Positions 24,366-37,312 of a DNA stretch of 64,000 bases are shown piece after piece. Numbering within the stretch: position 1 is the first letter of the stretch; each line of letters opens with the position of its first letter. The notes beneath the pieces are model-generated. The model had not been told where the DNA came from and ran no database searches. It saw only the letters and a list, made by a program, of their open reading frames with translations. Both the position numbers and the translations under genes were made by a program. This DNA comes from Callorhinchus milii (lineage: Eukaryota): assembly GCF_018977255.1 (NCBI RefSeq), contig NW_024704755.1, positions 6,882,001-6,946,000 of the forward strand, read 5' to 3'.

Positions 24366-25289
24366 CAGTTCGGCCCAGTTTGTGAAGTGCTTTGAGACGT
24401 TCTCACTGTGTGAAAGGTCCCATATTAGGGGTTTTTGAAAATCTTTGAAAACATGAGAAGATATAAGAGTGGAGACAGAACAGGGTCATGGGATTAGATG
24501 CTGTGGATAAGGGAGGGTGACAAACACGTGGCAGTGGCTTCTTTTATGATTCAGAACAGTTTTTACAACATTTTCAGAATGCAAAGATTAGCCAACCATT
24601 CGGGTTTTGTATCTTGCATTGCAGGCGTTATTTTTGTAACCACATTCTGCTTTGTATCATGTGGGGGGTGCCTTTTTGTGGAAAATAATATGCTATATTT
24701 TACCAGGATATTGGTAAATGTAGATGTAGTACACTACAGTATACTGTATAACTTGACTCCACTATTGAATGGCCTTGTCTAATATGGATTTTTGAAGATT
24801 GAACTCTGGCTATCTTTTAGCCTTTCCTGATTTCCCTATCCCAAGTCTGTGAAGTCATAACCTTTTTATATCATAGTTGCTTAATTCTGTTTACAACTTG
24901 AAACCCCACCTATTTACATCTGTCGAGGCAGCGCACACATGAAATTCAACCCCTCACAACACCCTTAAGTTGGCTGTTGTGCTGACTTGGAAACCCATTT
25001 AGTAACATCTCCCAAGGAAGCCCTGATAGTAACACGAGTCGTCTGCAAGACGTGTTAAAGCAGCAAACGGCGTGTTGGCATGAAAAGACTGCCTAAATAC
25101 CTTGCCGGTAAATTAAATTTATGATTTAACCTGATCAGTGAAAAATAGTTGGCTTAATGAACAGATGTTATGATGTTATATAATGTTAAGTTATGCCTGG
25201 CATATTTTGAATAATTATAGAGCTCATAAATCAGCCATCATTTATGTACGAAGGGTTGATAATATGTTACAAATCATATCTTAATTCAG

Positions 25290-27730
25290 GATGCACCAGG
25301 TGAGCAGCAAAACCAACAGGAGGCCAAACAGAGGTAGGAATACAGCTCCACTTGAGTCGGAGATTGCTTTTCGCATTGAAAATGTCATCTCTTTTCTAAA
25401 CTGTTACCGTCCAGAGGGGTAGAAGTACATCCTCCTTGCAGGTTGCTCAGCAATGGACTTTGCTTCCTTCCCTGTGTAAAAGTGGTGCCTGACATCTGTT
25501 TCATCGTGAGCACTAGTCTGAAAAACAATCTTCCTTGAAAGCACAGTCTCTCTGGAGCTGAACTAGCTGAGAGGAGAAATGCATTAAAAACACAGGCAGA
25601 AATGGTGGAATCAAAGACAAATTTAGAGGTATAGATCTGTCCTCAACCCTGCGCACCCAAAACAAACAGGGTACGGAGGTTGCTAGCTGGACATGTACAG
25701 TCACGTGCTAGTTACCATCCTGCTTGGTCCTTGCCAAATCGGGTATAAAATGACTCAGATGTGTTACTGTGATTTAGAGCCATCAAGCTGTGATTTATAA
25801 ATATTTGTTTTCCATTCACCAATTACTGTAATACTGTGTTTAACAACCGTGCAATTTTTATTTAAAAAAATTAAATTGTAAAGTTATCCCAGTTTTTAAT
25901 CCCTGTGAAGAATAGCCATTGGGTCCTCTGTGTAATAGCATTTATTTTGTCGATTTTCACTGTGCAGTGTTCTGTACTCTTGCCTCCCTAATACAAACAA
26001 ATCGTGATTGCAGGGAGGCAGAAATGAGGAACGGTATTCTCGCCCAGGTTTTGGAACAGTCGGCTCGCGCCAGATGTAAGTAGCCAAAACCAGACCTTGA
26101 ATTTAATCAGCAGGTAACTTCTCTGCCCTTTGCATTGTTTACTGCTCCAGCTGTTCTGCCTCAAATTTTAAATTAGGTCCAAAATGCGATATTCAGAATG
26201 AGCCCCAGTTCCTCTCTGTTCGGCAAACACCTGGTGTCTGCTTCATGATCCCGGCTCGATCTGCCCTTCCCTCCTTACCTTTGACTTGCCTTATCCCAGT
26301 TTTTAATCCCGGTGCAGTGGGACGTCCTCTCGACGTGAAAGGCGCTATACAAATGTAATTTTGTATTGTATTTTCAATTGAGCTTTCTCAGAACTCAGTG
26401 CATCCTGAGTACATTAAAGCTGCACTTGCTTGCTGTTACCATCTGGTGGTGTAAATGTTCTGTCACAACTGAAAAGGGTCAGTGCTGTAACTTTTCAGTG
26501 CCAACATTTTAAATTCTGCAAATAAATTAAATATTTTAAATTACGATAACTAAATTAATTAAATCACGATATTTAAAGTAAATTAAATTTACTTTAATTT
26601 TTAAATATTTTACATGGTTCATACAAACCAAAGATTCACAGATATAATTTGGTTGAGCCTTCCTCACTGTTCAAAAAGTCATTTTAAGTTTATTTTTTTT
26701 ATTTCAGTGAGTAACCTGGCCCTTGTGAAGCCTGAAAAAGCCAAATCGGTGGAGAATTACCTAATACAGATGGCAAGATATGGGCAGCTTGGTGGAAAAG
26801 TAAGGCAAAATTATTAACTTGAATTGTGTATTTATATTTTAAAAAGTATTTGATTTCACTCAAGATTGAATCTTTTATCAAACTTTATTGATGCAGAAAT
26901 GGATTTGAAACATTTGAAAAACATCTGTTTCAAACATTTGAAAAGACAAAAATTCACGGAGAGGAAATGAATGTTCTACCAGTACAACGATATTCCTCTA
27001 AAATAGTTGACTTACTAATTTGTGTATTACAATGTCTATTTGTCCTAGAAGCATATTTATCCTGTGGTGATAGTGTTTTTGCACAATGCTCTGCAATTTC
27101 AAAGTATTGAGTTAGATGTTAAACTTTTGTATGTTTTCTGTAATCCTGTCTTAACCACAGGAAGGAAATAAATAGTACAAGGACCTCTTGTATTTCAAGC
27201 CAGTTGCAAATTGTAACTTACATTTGTGCCTTTTAGATTTCTGAATCGGGATTGATTGAGATCCTTCAGAAAGTCAGCCAACAAACAGAAAATAAAACTA
27301 AAGTCAAGGTACGTGCAGATGGTTTGCATTTAAAACGTTATTTTGGCTCCCCAAAGATGATTTAGTTCTCAATCACCCCTCACCTTATCGCTGAGAACCA
27401 CCAGCAAATATTTTAAGTAAAATCTAAAATGTTTTATTCCTCCTTGCAACATATTCTGGCCACGGTGGTGATCAAGAACATTCTTATGAACGTGTGCTAG
27501 CTTTGTTCTCAAATCAGCCACTGGAAAGGGTGTGTGTGTGTGTGTGCGTGACATTTTTCTTTTAAAAATCCTTTTTTTTAAAAAAACATAACATTGAAGT
27601 CAAACTAAGCTGATAAGTTCTTGAAAATGTGAGATTTCAAAAGACATTGAAAGTTTAGTTTTGGTATCCTTGTGAATTTCAGTTTAACAGAAGAAAAGTA
27701 ATGGATTCTGATGAAGAAGAGGACTATTGA
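25290..27730 (+). CDS. PDCD5: PDCD5 (programmed cell death 5) exons 2-6
   Basis: Exons 25290-25333 ([15 protein letters not shown]), 26014-26075 ([21 protein letters not shown]), 26708-26799 ([30 protein letters not shown]), 27237-27308 ([24 protein letters not shown]), 27683-27730 ([15 protein letters not shown]). All AG/GT bounded and in phase. Confidence 0.95.
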
Positions 27731-28486
27731 AACCTGCCCCCGGAAGACCCTATTCCTGAAACCTTTAAGGACCGTGCTGACAAGGGTGGATGAGAGAGTG
27801 TGGATTTTTTTTTGTTTCCTGGAGGAATTCTTTGTATAGTTTTGTATGTTTGGGTGCAAAGGGGAAAGCAGTCGAAGGCTCAGTGGTTCTGAATGCTGCT
27901 TTTAATACAAGTACAAGTTCCTGGTGGGTTTGCGTGGAGCTGACTTTCTGATGGCTTTCCGAAAGACTTAAAAGCCTCGATCCTTCAACTATTTGCATCG
28001 CAGTAAGGAACTGATGCTATCAACTGGGAGACTATTGATGGCTTCTGTTAAGAACAACTAAGTAGCAGTTTTATATCATAATGCCTATTTATCCTACTGT
28101 TAATTTGCGCAGCACCATTTCTGTACATTGATGTGTTCTAGTGCAGTAACCTAGCCTCAAGCTGTTTTTATGGATTTTTTAAAATTCTGTTTTCACCAAT
28201 GCACAATTTAAGCTTTCTACGGACTATGGTTTTTGTTGACAGTAAATGTTGTTGCTTAGAAGTTCCCTTTGTAATCATAGGGCCAAGAAGAGATAGTTTG
28301 TGAAAAAAAAGATTTCGATTTAATATAATACTTGTAAAGATAACCAAAATGATATTGATACGTATTTCCTTTCTGCGAGTGTACATAAAGGTAAATTCAC
28401 TGTATTCGCAAAGCCTGTTTGATTGAGATAACATGAAAACCCTCACATCCAGTTAAATTATTGCTGTCTGCCTTCCATTGAATTCT

Positions 28487-28492
28487 AATAAA
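28487..28492 (+). terminator. Candidate PDCD5 polyadenylation signal
   Basis: AATAAA ~760 nt after the PDCD5 stop codon. Confidence 0.4.
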
Positions 28493-31400
28493 TGCTCAGC
28501 TAGTTTGATGAGAAATAACAGGTCTGGATAAGCCTTTGCAGATAAAACTGAAAGCTTGGAAATCTCTACAGCGCAGCCCTTTAATCATTCTTTCAATAGT
28601 TCAATCTGAACAAACAAAATGAATTTTAAAAAGTCAGAAACAAAGATATAATAGTCAAAATGTTTTTTAAAATGTGTGCTTCTGAAGAGTGCATTGTGGT
28701 GTGCCGAGTTAAGGTGTCAATGTTATTGTGGCGTAGTGTGGTAAGCTGTGAATTTCTACCTGTGATTCCTTCTACAGTGAATTCCTGATCTCAGCCAGGA
28801 TATTGTGCTAGGAGATAGAAAAGGCTTCCATGCAGGAAAGAATGAGAGGGAAAAAAATCAACAACAACTTGCATTTATATAGAGCCCCTTACACAGGCTA
28901 GCGTTCCCGATCGCTTAATCAGAGGGTGAGTCTGCCCTCATGTACCTATTAATATCTCGTCTAGTACTGTGCCTATTTACCACTCAGATTGGTAAATCTG
29001 AGGCAAGCAAAGAATAACATAAGCACAGTGTCAAGGTCAGGGAATTTACCCAGAACGAGAGAATAACCTGTCACTGCGATTTAATTATACATGAGTTTAA
29101 TCTGAAATTAACTATACACAGGTAGCTAACAGAAGGTGTTAAAAATGAAAAAAAAGTTGCATTTTCAGATTCAATTGCTTGCACAAAATATGTGCACGGA
29201 AACAAATCCTTCTGGGGAAGAGAGAGAGACAGCATACATTGAACTGGCTCTGAAGAAACACACCAAGTAGGTCTGGAATAATCTATGTAATAATACAGTA
29301 CCGATCATTTGTTATTCTTTTGCCTTGATCATGCAGGAGATGATATATACAAACCATATCATATCAGTAAAAGCAGCAATTACATATTACCACAGGGCAA
29401 GTAATGTATGCAATTAGAACTCCAAACAAATGGCCTGAAAGCAGTAGTCTATCAAACAGGCTAATTTATGCAAAAGGCAATTATCAATGAGATTTATAAA
29501 TGTTAATACAGGCTGTTGTTGTTTGATCTGATCTGGTATTGGATAGAGAAAGTATACTGCTGTGACTAATATTTTGCAATACAGAATTAAACCCTCGCAG
29601 ACCAGAAGGCAATTTTCTTTTTTTTATTCTGTTGAACACCTGGTCTGAAAACAGAGAAACATCCAGTGCAGTCCCGGCTCACAATGTCAGATAATTAACT
29701 GTGCAGCTTAAAGTGAAAGAAAAATATTTCTAAAAGGAGCAAAGGAGTAACCATTGTACTGGGAACTAGTCGAATCATATCACATTATCAACTTAATAAA
29801 CATACTTTAAAATAACTCACAGGCTATATGAGGGGGTTCATCAAATCATCCAACTGTACAGTATGGAACATGCTTTGGACCAGTTTCTGATGATCCTGTC
29901 CTCACACATCCTGCTCTAAGCAGAACAACAAGGTTGACATGACCCTCAGATTGCCCCAAAGCCACCAACATAATTAGCAAATAGGGACACATTAACAAGG
30001 CAGGCTGATGCTACTGCCTTGCTAATGTGGCCCCATTTCTCCCCACTCCTGCAAAACACACCATTCTACTCGTCAACCGTAAAAATCGAAGTAGCTGTTT
30101 TTTCAGTGACAGTGGAGGCCAAAGGATTTTATTTTCCAAGTCATTTCAGAAATTTACAGGTTGTACTGATGTTTTTAATTCTGTGCGATGGTAATGATAT
30201 CTGTTATCATGGTGTTCCAATTGTCCTCCCCATACTGTATTGATTTGAGGATGAGATTAGGATCCGTGAAAATGACAAATTTAGTAGAAGTGGTAGGGAA
30301 CAAGATTCAGCCCATATTAGTTGCTTTAGGACTTAATCTAAAAATCAATCATCTGAAGCTGTAATCGATCAGATAGACAACCATATTAAGGAGATCAGAT
30401 ATATGCCTGCATTGGTTTCAGTGTGGGGGTTGGGTGGGGTGGACAAGATATTTCAAGTGTTTCAGATATTTTAACTCCATTTAATTTTTGACTAAATAAG
30501 ATTTTTTTTATTATAATAATCAGGACAACCATCAGGTTGGAAATTGCTAGATGAAATTGTACATGTCTGAAATTGCAGGGAGGGATTCCTGGATGAGGAA
30601 GCCGATTTGATTGCTTGATGTTATTTGCACTGTATTACATGTACAAGTGTGCAATCTGCCACAGAGGAGCATGTATTTTGCTGCCAATAAGAGATCAGAA
30701 TATGTGATTCAGATGGGTTTATTCTACTCAATTTGGAGCAGAGTGCACACACTGCTGGATTTATTCCAGAGCCATCTTGATGGTGTCAACAGAATATTAC
30801 TTCCTATCACTGACTGGGCACATTAAAAATACACTGCAGCATTAAAATGCAGTTGATGTTCATTTAATTATCTTGGAAGAAAATCTATAACATTAAATCA
30901 TAAGATTACGAAGCAATGGTAAATATTGCCAGTAGACTAGAAATATGTGCAGAAAACAACCCATATTGTGTTATTATAGCTGGAAGCAAACAGTTGGAAT
31001 TCTGTAACAAAAGAGAGTTAATTTATTCCTATCGGGTTAAAGATTTGCCTTAATGCTTCAAAATTTTAATTAGCTGTACATTACCATTAGCAAGCCTACC
31101 AACAACATCTGTTTTAATAAATTATCGCTTGCAAACAAGAGAATTAATGAGCCGACAGAATGCCTAGGCTTCTATTTAAACATTTTTAATTAGAGGCTGA
31201 TCTTTGCTATTCAGTTCCACGTAAACCTTTGAAAGTTATTTTGATAAAACAGAATAATAGCTGGTGTACTTTTCAAAGTTTCAGCACAATTGTATAATTT
31301 AAGAGAGATCCTGAGTTGCAGTAGGATTGGCTATATGGTTTCTAAATGCTGTATTTACCTGCAGTCCTGCCTCCAATGGCAGCTACAACTTTGATGGAAT

Positions 31401-33032
31401 CGCTTCAAGATATAGCTGGTCCTTCCTCTAGAGGCACCAAGTTCCAGCTCAAGAGGTGGATTTCCTCAGTCCCTCCAGAGGCAGGAATGTTAAGACATCC
31501 TTGGAGAGCTCACTTGAACACTTGGTAACAAGGCTGAGGCCGGGCTTGTCCTGCCGGAGAAACCATCCCATCACCTGACTTGCTCGGGTGGTGGTGAAGA
31601 CAGATTTCAGGTCCACAATTTGACAATTCGGGGTCTAAAAGATTGGGCTTGGCTGTGTGGACAACCCTCGTTCCCTAATTGGAACGTATTTGGTCTAATT
31701 TGGTTTATGGGGGGTGAGCAGGCCTAACCATGCTCCCAATACTAAAAAAAAGCCTTGGGCTACTCTTACCTTGGGCAACCTTTGAGTTTGGCGCTGGGTG
31801 GGCTGAATGTTAGCTTGTCTATAGAGGTCAGTGACCTCTGGTTAATAACCTTTGGCCTTCTACCTTGTAAAGTCCTTCCAATAACGTATCCTTGGAAGCT
31901 CGTTAGAAATAGCGTAAATTAGACCGCAATGTTAACCAAAAGGTTGGAAAATACTTCTTTTACCAACTGGCTATTTGTAGACACTGCTGACATGGTTCAA
32001 AAACAAGCACAGTTTGTGAATCCCAAACACCTCAAATCACTTTGAATTGAATTGCATCTGCAATATACACTTGTCTTAAATCTACCCTAACCAGAAGATT
32101 GTGTTACAATCCCATAACTCAAAGCCCACCAAGTGCCAGGAAAATAAATCAAACGCCCTAATTTTCAGAGTGCAAAGTGGAATTTTAAACTTAATAGCAG
32201 GACAGCCACCTGCTCACCTTTCGTTAAATCACGAAATGTGATCATTATAAGAATCAAAGCATGAACCTTTCGACAAAAAAAGCGAAATGATTTTGAAGTG
32301 ATAGGCAATTGCTAATATTTCAGCTGCTATTAGTATCATGTTACCAGCAAACTCAAACTGACAAGGATCAGTCCAACTGGGTGGTGTGTTATGCTGCTAT
32401 AATTGAAAATGAAGCTCCAGTTAGCAGATGATGCCTTTTGTCTGTTTGGGTTACAGGACACCTTTGTGGAAAATCATACGTGGTTACAGCAAGAAAAACG
32501 TGCTGGGTATTATTTAATTTTATGCTGAAATCCACACATGACATTACCATGGTCTCATTTGCTCAGGCGCATTTTTGCATACAGCACTATGTATGTGTTT
32601 CTGATGTTCAGTTGTGGAAGTCACCATAACTTGTGTTGACAAACATGTTCAGGGTTTAAATGGGAGACAGAAACCAGACTGAAGCGCATGCTGATGACTC
32701 AGTTTACCTGAGTTAAATGGGACTAAAGTGGGGATGAAAATATGGGAGAGGGGAATAGGAGGGCTGGAGGCCTTAACGGAATATAAACATTGGCACAGAC
32801 TAGTTGGGCCGGTTTGTGTGCCTCAACAGTCTATGTAATTCTATGTAATATTAATAATTGCTTTACATTTAATTTAGGCTGATAAATATAATAGTCCTAT
32901 AAAGTTAGGGAGAGGTGTGAGAGAATAAGAGAGGAAGAATCCCATCACAGGGCTCTGCGAAAATGAAGCTTTATCACGTCGTTGAGACATGATAGGGTAC
33001 TGTATCAAATACAAGGGTTCTTACTTTCTGGT

Positions 33033-33134
33033 AGGAGTAAGGAAACTTACCTAAGGTTTCGACCTGCCTGGAAATCGAAGCTGGGTCCCCTCGCTTGCGA
33101 TGCGGGTGCTCTAACCAATATGCTACAGGACTCC
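33033..33134 (-). mobile_element. SINE 5' (tRNA head) fragment
   Basis: GGAGTAAGGAAACTT...CTCGCTTGCGATGCGGGTGCTCTAACC...GCTACAGGACTCC. Confidence 0.75.
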
Positions 33135-33589
33135 ACTTATACACTTTTGTGGGTTCTATTCATGCACTTGTGTAATAATGCTCACCCAACTGTGTCTGTT
33201 GCAACAGAAAAAAAATCTTCAAAGGAACATGTGCTCAAACATAGCACATGAGCCCTCAGGAGCTCTGGCAAGGTGAGAGCACTTGCATACGTGCTTACCA
33301 ACTTCATCTTTGATGATAAACTGTGTGAACATATGACAGGTGTTTACACTGAATCATCCTGAAGAAGGGGATTATGGATGTTGACATTATTTGCAGTCTT
33401 GGCAGAGTTGGGTCACCTTGTTCTTATGCAGCGCTTGATACATGTAATAATTTGGGGTGGTTGCCCTCTGACAGACTGACATTAACGTTAGTAACATGTG
33501 GCAGATGACAGGCAACAATCAGATTTCTTCGTTTTTTATGGTAAAATGCATCCAGTGACTCTCCTGTGGAAGAGTTGGCCAAAAATCCC

Positions 33590-33741
33590 CTTTGTGGGAC
33601 ATTGCTGTAGACAAGCTGGCTATCGTGTTTGCCCACAAAATATGCATAGTCACAGCACTTTACAGTATATCTTGTGAAATGCTTTGACACGTCTCAAAAT
33701 GTGTAAGTTGCTATATCAAATGCAGGATTATTATTATTATT
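33590..33741 (+). mobile_element. SINE 3' half
   Basis: TTTGTGGGACATTGCTGT...CTATATCAAATGCAGG(ATT)n. Confidence 0.8.
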
Positions 33742-34359
33742 AGTTTGTCGCATTGGTCATCACTTGCAAAAAGTGAACTCTGGGAATCTAAAATAATATC
33801 TGAAAAGGCTGGAAATGCACAACAGAGCAATCAGCATCTGAAAGACAATGACGGGTTAATATTTTTGGGTGTGACTCTTTATCACAACTTTCCTTTTATA
33901 CTTTTTTTGTAGTTTTTTTTTATATATCTTTTGTTGTCAGGTTTGGCGATTTGGAGCTGGAAGAATGAAATTACAACAGCTTCTGCCACCTGCTAAAGAG
34001 AGAACGGCATTAATTAAAAGAACACGGTCATTGAAATCTATACATTAGCATGCTACCCAGTACACAGGCATCAATAAATCCATCTTCTGCATAACTTTTG
34101 TCGCTTTGCAGAGTCGTGAAGATAAAGCAGTCATGGAAGCTGTCAGGGAAACTGGCACTTCATCGATGATGATATTTATGTCATCATATTCCACTTTCAT
34201 GTTAGTACAATGAAATCTTTCTTGTTACATTGAAAGCCGCCATTCTCAGAAAGGGAAGGGATGAGAGCTCGATTCTCCTTTGCTGGAATGGAGATATTAC
34301 AAAACTGACATATCGAGACGTGCTTTCTTGAGCAATTAAATGGCAACTGATTTTTTTTT

Positions 34360-34845
34360 TTACAAGATCAATTCAGATAAAGAAGGCCTTTTGACCCACC
34401 TGATCTCATCCTTCAAGAACATTGACCGCTACCAATCCCCATCACAGTGTCAAGCTGCTTCTTAAATGAGTCCAGTGACCTGGCCTCAACCACTCTTCCT
34501 GGATATCTGTTCCAGTCATTAATTATCCTCTGGATAAAGAAAAACTTCCTGATATTTGTCCTGAAATTGACCTTCACAGCTCTAAACCTATGGTCCTGTA
34601 GTTCGACTGCTTTGGGGGCATCCTAAAGTATTGTTCTGGATTTATTTTTTCAGTCCCATTTAACATTTTATACACGTGTAAAATGTCTTCTCTGAAACGT
34701 CTTCTCTCAAGACTGAAGAGCCTGAGCTTGTTTAATCATTGCTTACAGCTCATTCCTCTAACACTGGGGATTATCCGTTTTGCTCTTCTCTCCATTGCCT
34801 CTAAGGCCTGGTGTAGTGATTAGAACTCTACGCAGTGCTCCAGAT
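34360..34845 (-). mobile_element. Degraded CR1 fragment
   Basis: CTCAACCACTCTTCCTGG...TTCCAG...AAGAAAAACTTCCT...AGAACTCTACGCAGTGCTCCAG, typical reverse-strand CR1 ORF2 end. Confidence 0.6.
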
Positions 34846-37089
34846 AAATAAAAGATTGAGAGCAGATAAATCATAAATTAGCATTCCTTTTTGCAACATA
34901 TCAACATAAACTGTTTTGTCACATTAAGTTAATAAATGGTATGGTATAGCACAAATGATCCCAGAACAAAATAAATGCATAATGAGAACAAGGCAATTTG
35001 ATAAATACTAAATTAAATGCGAAATTGCTGTTATTTTGGAGAGAGAGAAAGCCTGTAGAGTTGAGTGAAGGGATGATTCCATGCAGGAAACATTCAGTTT
35101 ATCAGTGCAATGATATGTTTGCAACATGGATAATATCATCACACATAAATGAAGCCAACAAATGAAGTGCTCATCAACCTACTTTTTTTTCTGGGGGCAA
35201 CAACATCACTTCAGATGCTGTCAGTATCAACTTAATTTGTGTCACAGGAAGCATTATAAAATGTTTCCCTGTGCGTGTACATCTCTGTGCCCATCTTCAT
35301 TTCCTTCATCATTAACTGCGTTTCATAACCTGAAATCAAAAGTGAAAAGTAAACAGCTATGAAGGATACTCAAAGGTCTATTAAGTATTGGTTACTTAAG
35401 TGTTAACAAAATGTCACATTTACTTTTAATACTAAATAATTGGACAACAGATGTTTCATTATTATAGTTATATTTATGGCCAGCTGCCTTGTCTGTATAC
35501 CGCTTCTCACTATTCTGTTATATTCTAACCTCTGCTTGGGAAATGTATGCGATGGTGTTCAAATTCAAAATAAGCTGAGTCTGTTTGTACGCAAGTAATT
35601 GACTGCACTTCTCAGTGGCAGTTGCAGTGATCTTTGAAAAACTGCTCACAATGTCTCACTTGCACTTTCATTATTGATTGAATAATGAGGCCCTGTGATA
35701 GAACAATAGTTGTCCAGTCAAATGAATGAGGGTCTCTTTGGGTGGTAGCTGTAAATAGGACAAAAGATTATTCAGTTTGGGAGCAGAATCTACACACCAA
35801 TTAAGACTGTTCTCTGTTGTTTGTTACATCTTTGTTCTGTTGTTCTGATAAGACTATTACAATTTTACTGGGACAACATCTGTATAAGATTTGAAGGAAG
35901 GGGAGAGGGGAGGTCAGACTTGGCATTTGCTTGTTACATGACTGATGGATGTACTTTGGAAGGAACAAGAGTTTTTGCTGAGACTCGAGGGATAAAAGCT
36001 GGACTCATCTCCCATCTGCCAGTGGTGCTGAACAGACTCAGGTCTCATTTCTTCAAACTACATGGAGGGCCATCAAATATAAGTGTTATCTACTCCATCC
36101 TTGCACTCATTAGGGATCTGTTTGGGGGCAGTGCCCTCTGTCTTTTTGAGCAGTTGTGTGTGAAACTAAAGATTATGAGAACTCCCTGCCGAAGAGTCAA
36201 AACTGTCAGCTGTTGTGCCTGATGAGCACAACAAGGTACTGTATTTGTACTGAGAATGCAGCAAACTGTGGTTAGGTAATTAAGCAATACATTCATGCCC
36301 AATAATTATTTTTCTCTGTTGTCCTTGTTTACATTTTAGTCCCATAGCAATCCCTTGGGAAAATAGGAATGTATCACTTGTCTTAATAATTCATTAAATG
36401 GACAGTTGCAATGTTTGAACTTTGTGGTATTTTGTAACTCCTACTATCGATTGCCTATTTTGCTGCAGAAAAGGTAAATCTTAACATGACTTTGCTTTTA
36501 GGAGAATTGATCTCTTGATGTGCTCTTCCCCAGTGAAAAGAAAATGGATCACTGGCTGTTCCTTCCAGTTACTGTGCTTTGCTGAACACGTTTTGTTTGC
36601 TTAAGCCTAACTTCTATCTGTATTGCCTGTTGTCGTTTGAAAATTACACTATTTTTGGCTCTCTTTGTCATCTTTTCAGAACCACTTGTACAAAACCTGT
36701 CAGAACATGATGGAATTATCATGGCACCATAATGAGTTATTGCCTACTGCAAGTTTTCCTGAAGGAACCCAATTTGCTAGTTTTTCTTCACTGGTTTGAT
36801 GAAATGCACAAATTCAAACAATAACCTTAGCAAATTAATTTGCTAGTAGCAATTCTTGGTATTGAAATTTATTAATTCTGTCTATTGTAGTATTTTATGT
36901 TACATTGCATCCCAGAAATCTTATTAATTTGAACAAGATACAGTAAAGATTTAGTTGAAATATCTCATTGGAGATAAATTATGTTTTGATATAAAAGCCG
37001 AAGTAATCAAACTGACTGGTGTAAATCAGATCTACATCAGCCAGTTTCCAAGAATTATTTTCAAGGTTTGCTTTGATTAAAAAGTTAGT

Positions 37090-37312
37090 CACTTGCCTCT
37101 GAGTCAGAAGATAGTGGGTTCAAGCCCCATGTCAGGACTTTTAACTCACATAGCCGGCCTAAGCTGACCCTTCGATGCTCTGTATTGTTGGAGGTGCCAT
37201 CTTTCCGATGAGACGTTAAACCAAAGTCTTTCTGTCTGTTCAAGTGAACATTAGAGATCCCATGACACTATGCAAATAGAGAAGGGAGTTTCTCCTGGCA
37301 TCCCGACCAAAA
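37090..37312 (+). mobile_element. 5' part of the older DeuSINE family
   Basis: CTTGCCTCTGAGTCAGAAG...GGGTTCAAGCCCC...GGAGGTGCCATCTTTCCGATGAGACGTTAAAC; reverse complement matches 42640-42860. Confidence 0.7.

Noticed and set aside
23591-24406. Long Gly/Arg/Trp-rich ORFs on the minus strand (209-271 aa)
   Set aside because: Translation of a C-rich minisatellite that lacks stops in all three frames; no splice or homology signal.
20139-25333. Trans-splicing as the explanation for PDCD5 exon 1 on the opposite strand
   Set aside because: A gap and inverted minisatellites at the exact boundaries give a much simpler explanation (segment inversion).
26574-26596. AT-rich palindrome TAAAGTAAATT-A-AATTTACTTTA; also TAGCAAATTAATTTGCTA at 36828-36845
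   Set aside because: Short and low-complexity; plausible by chance in AT-rich sequence.
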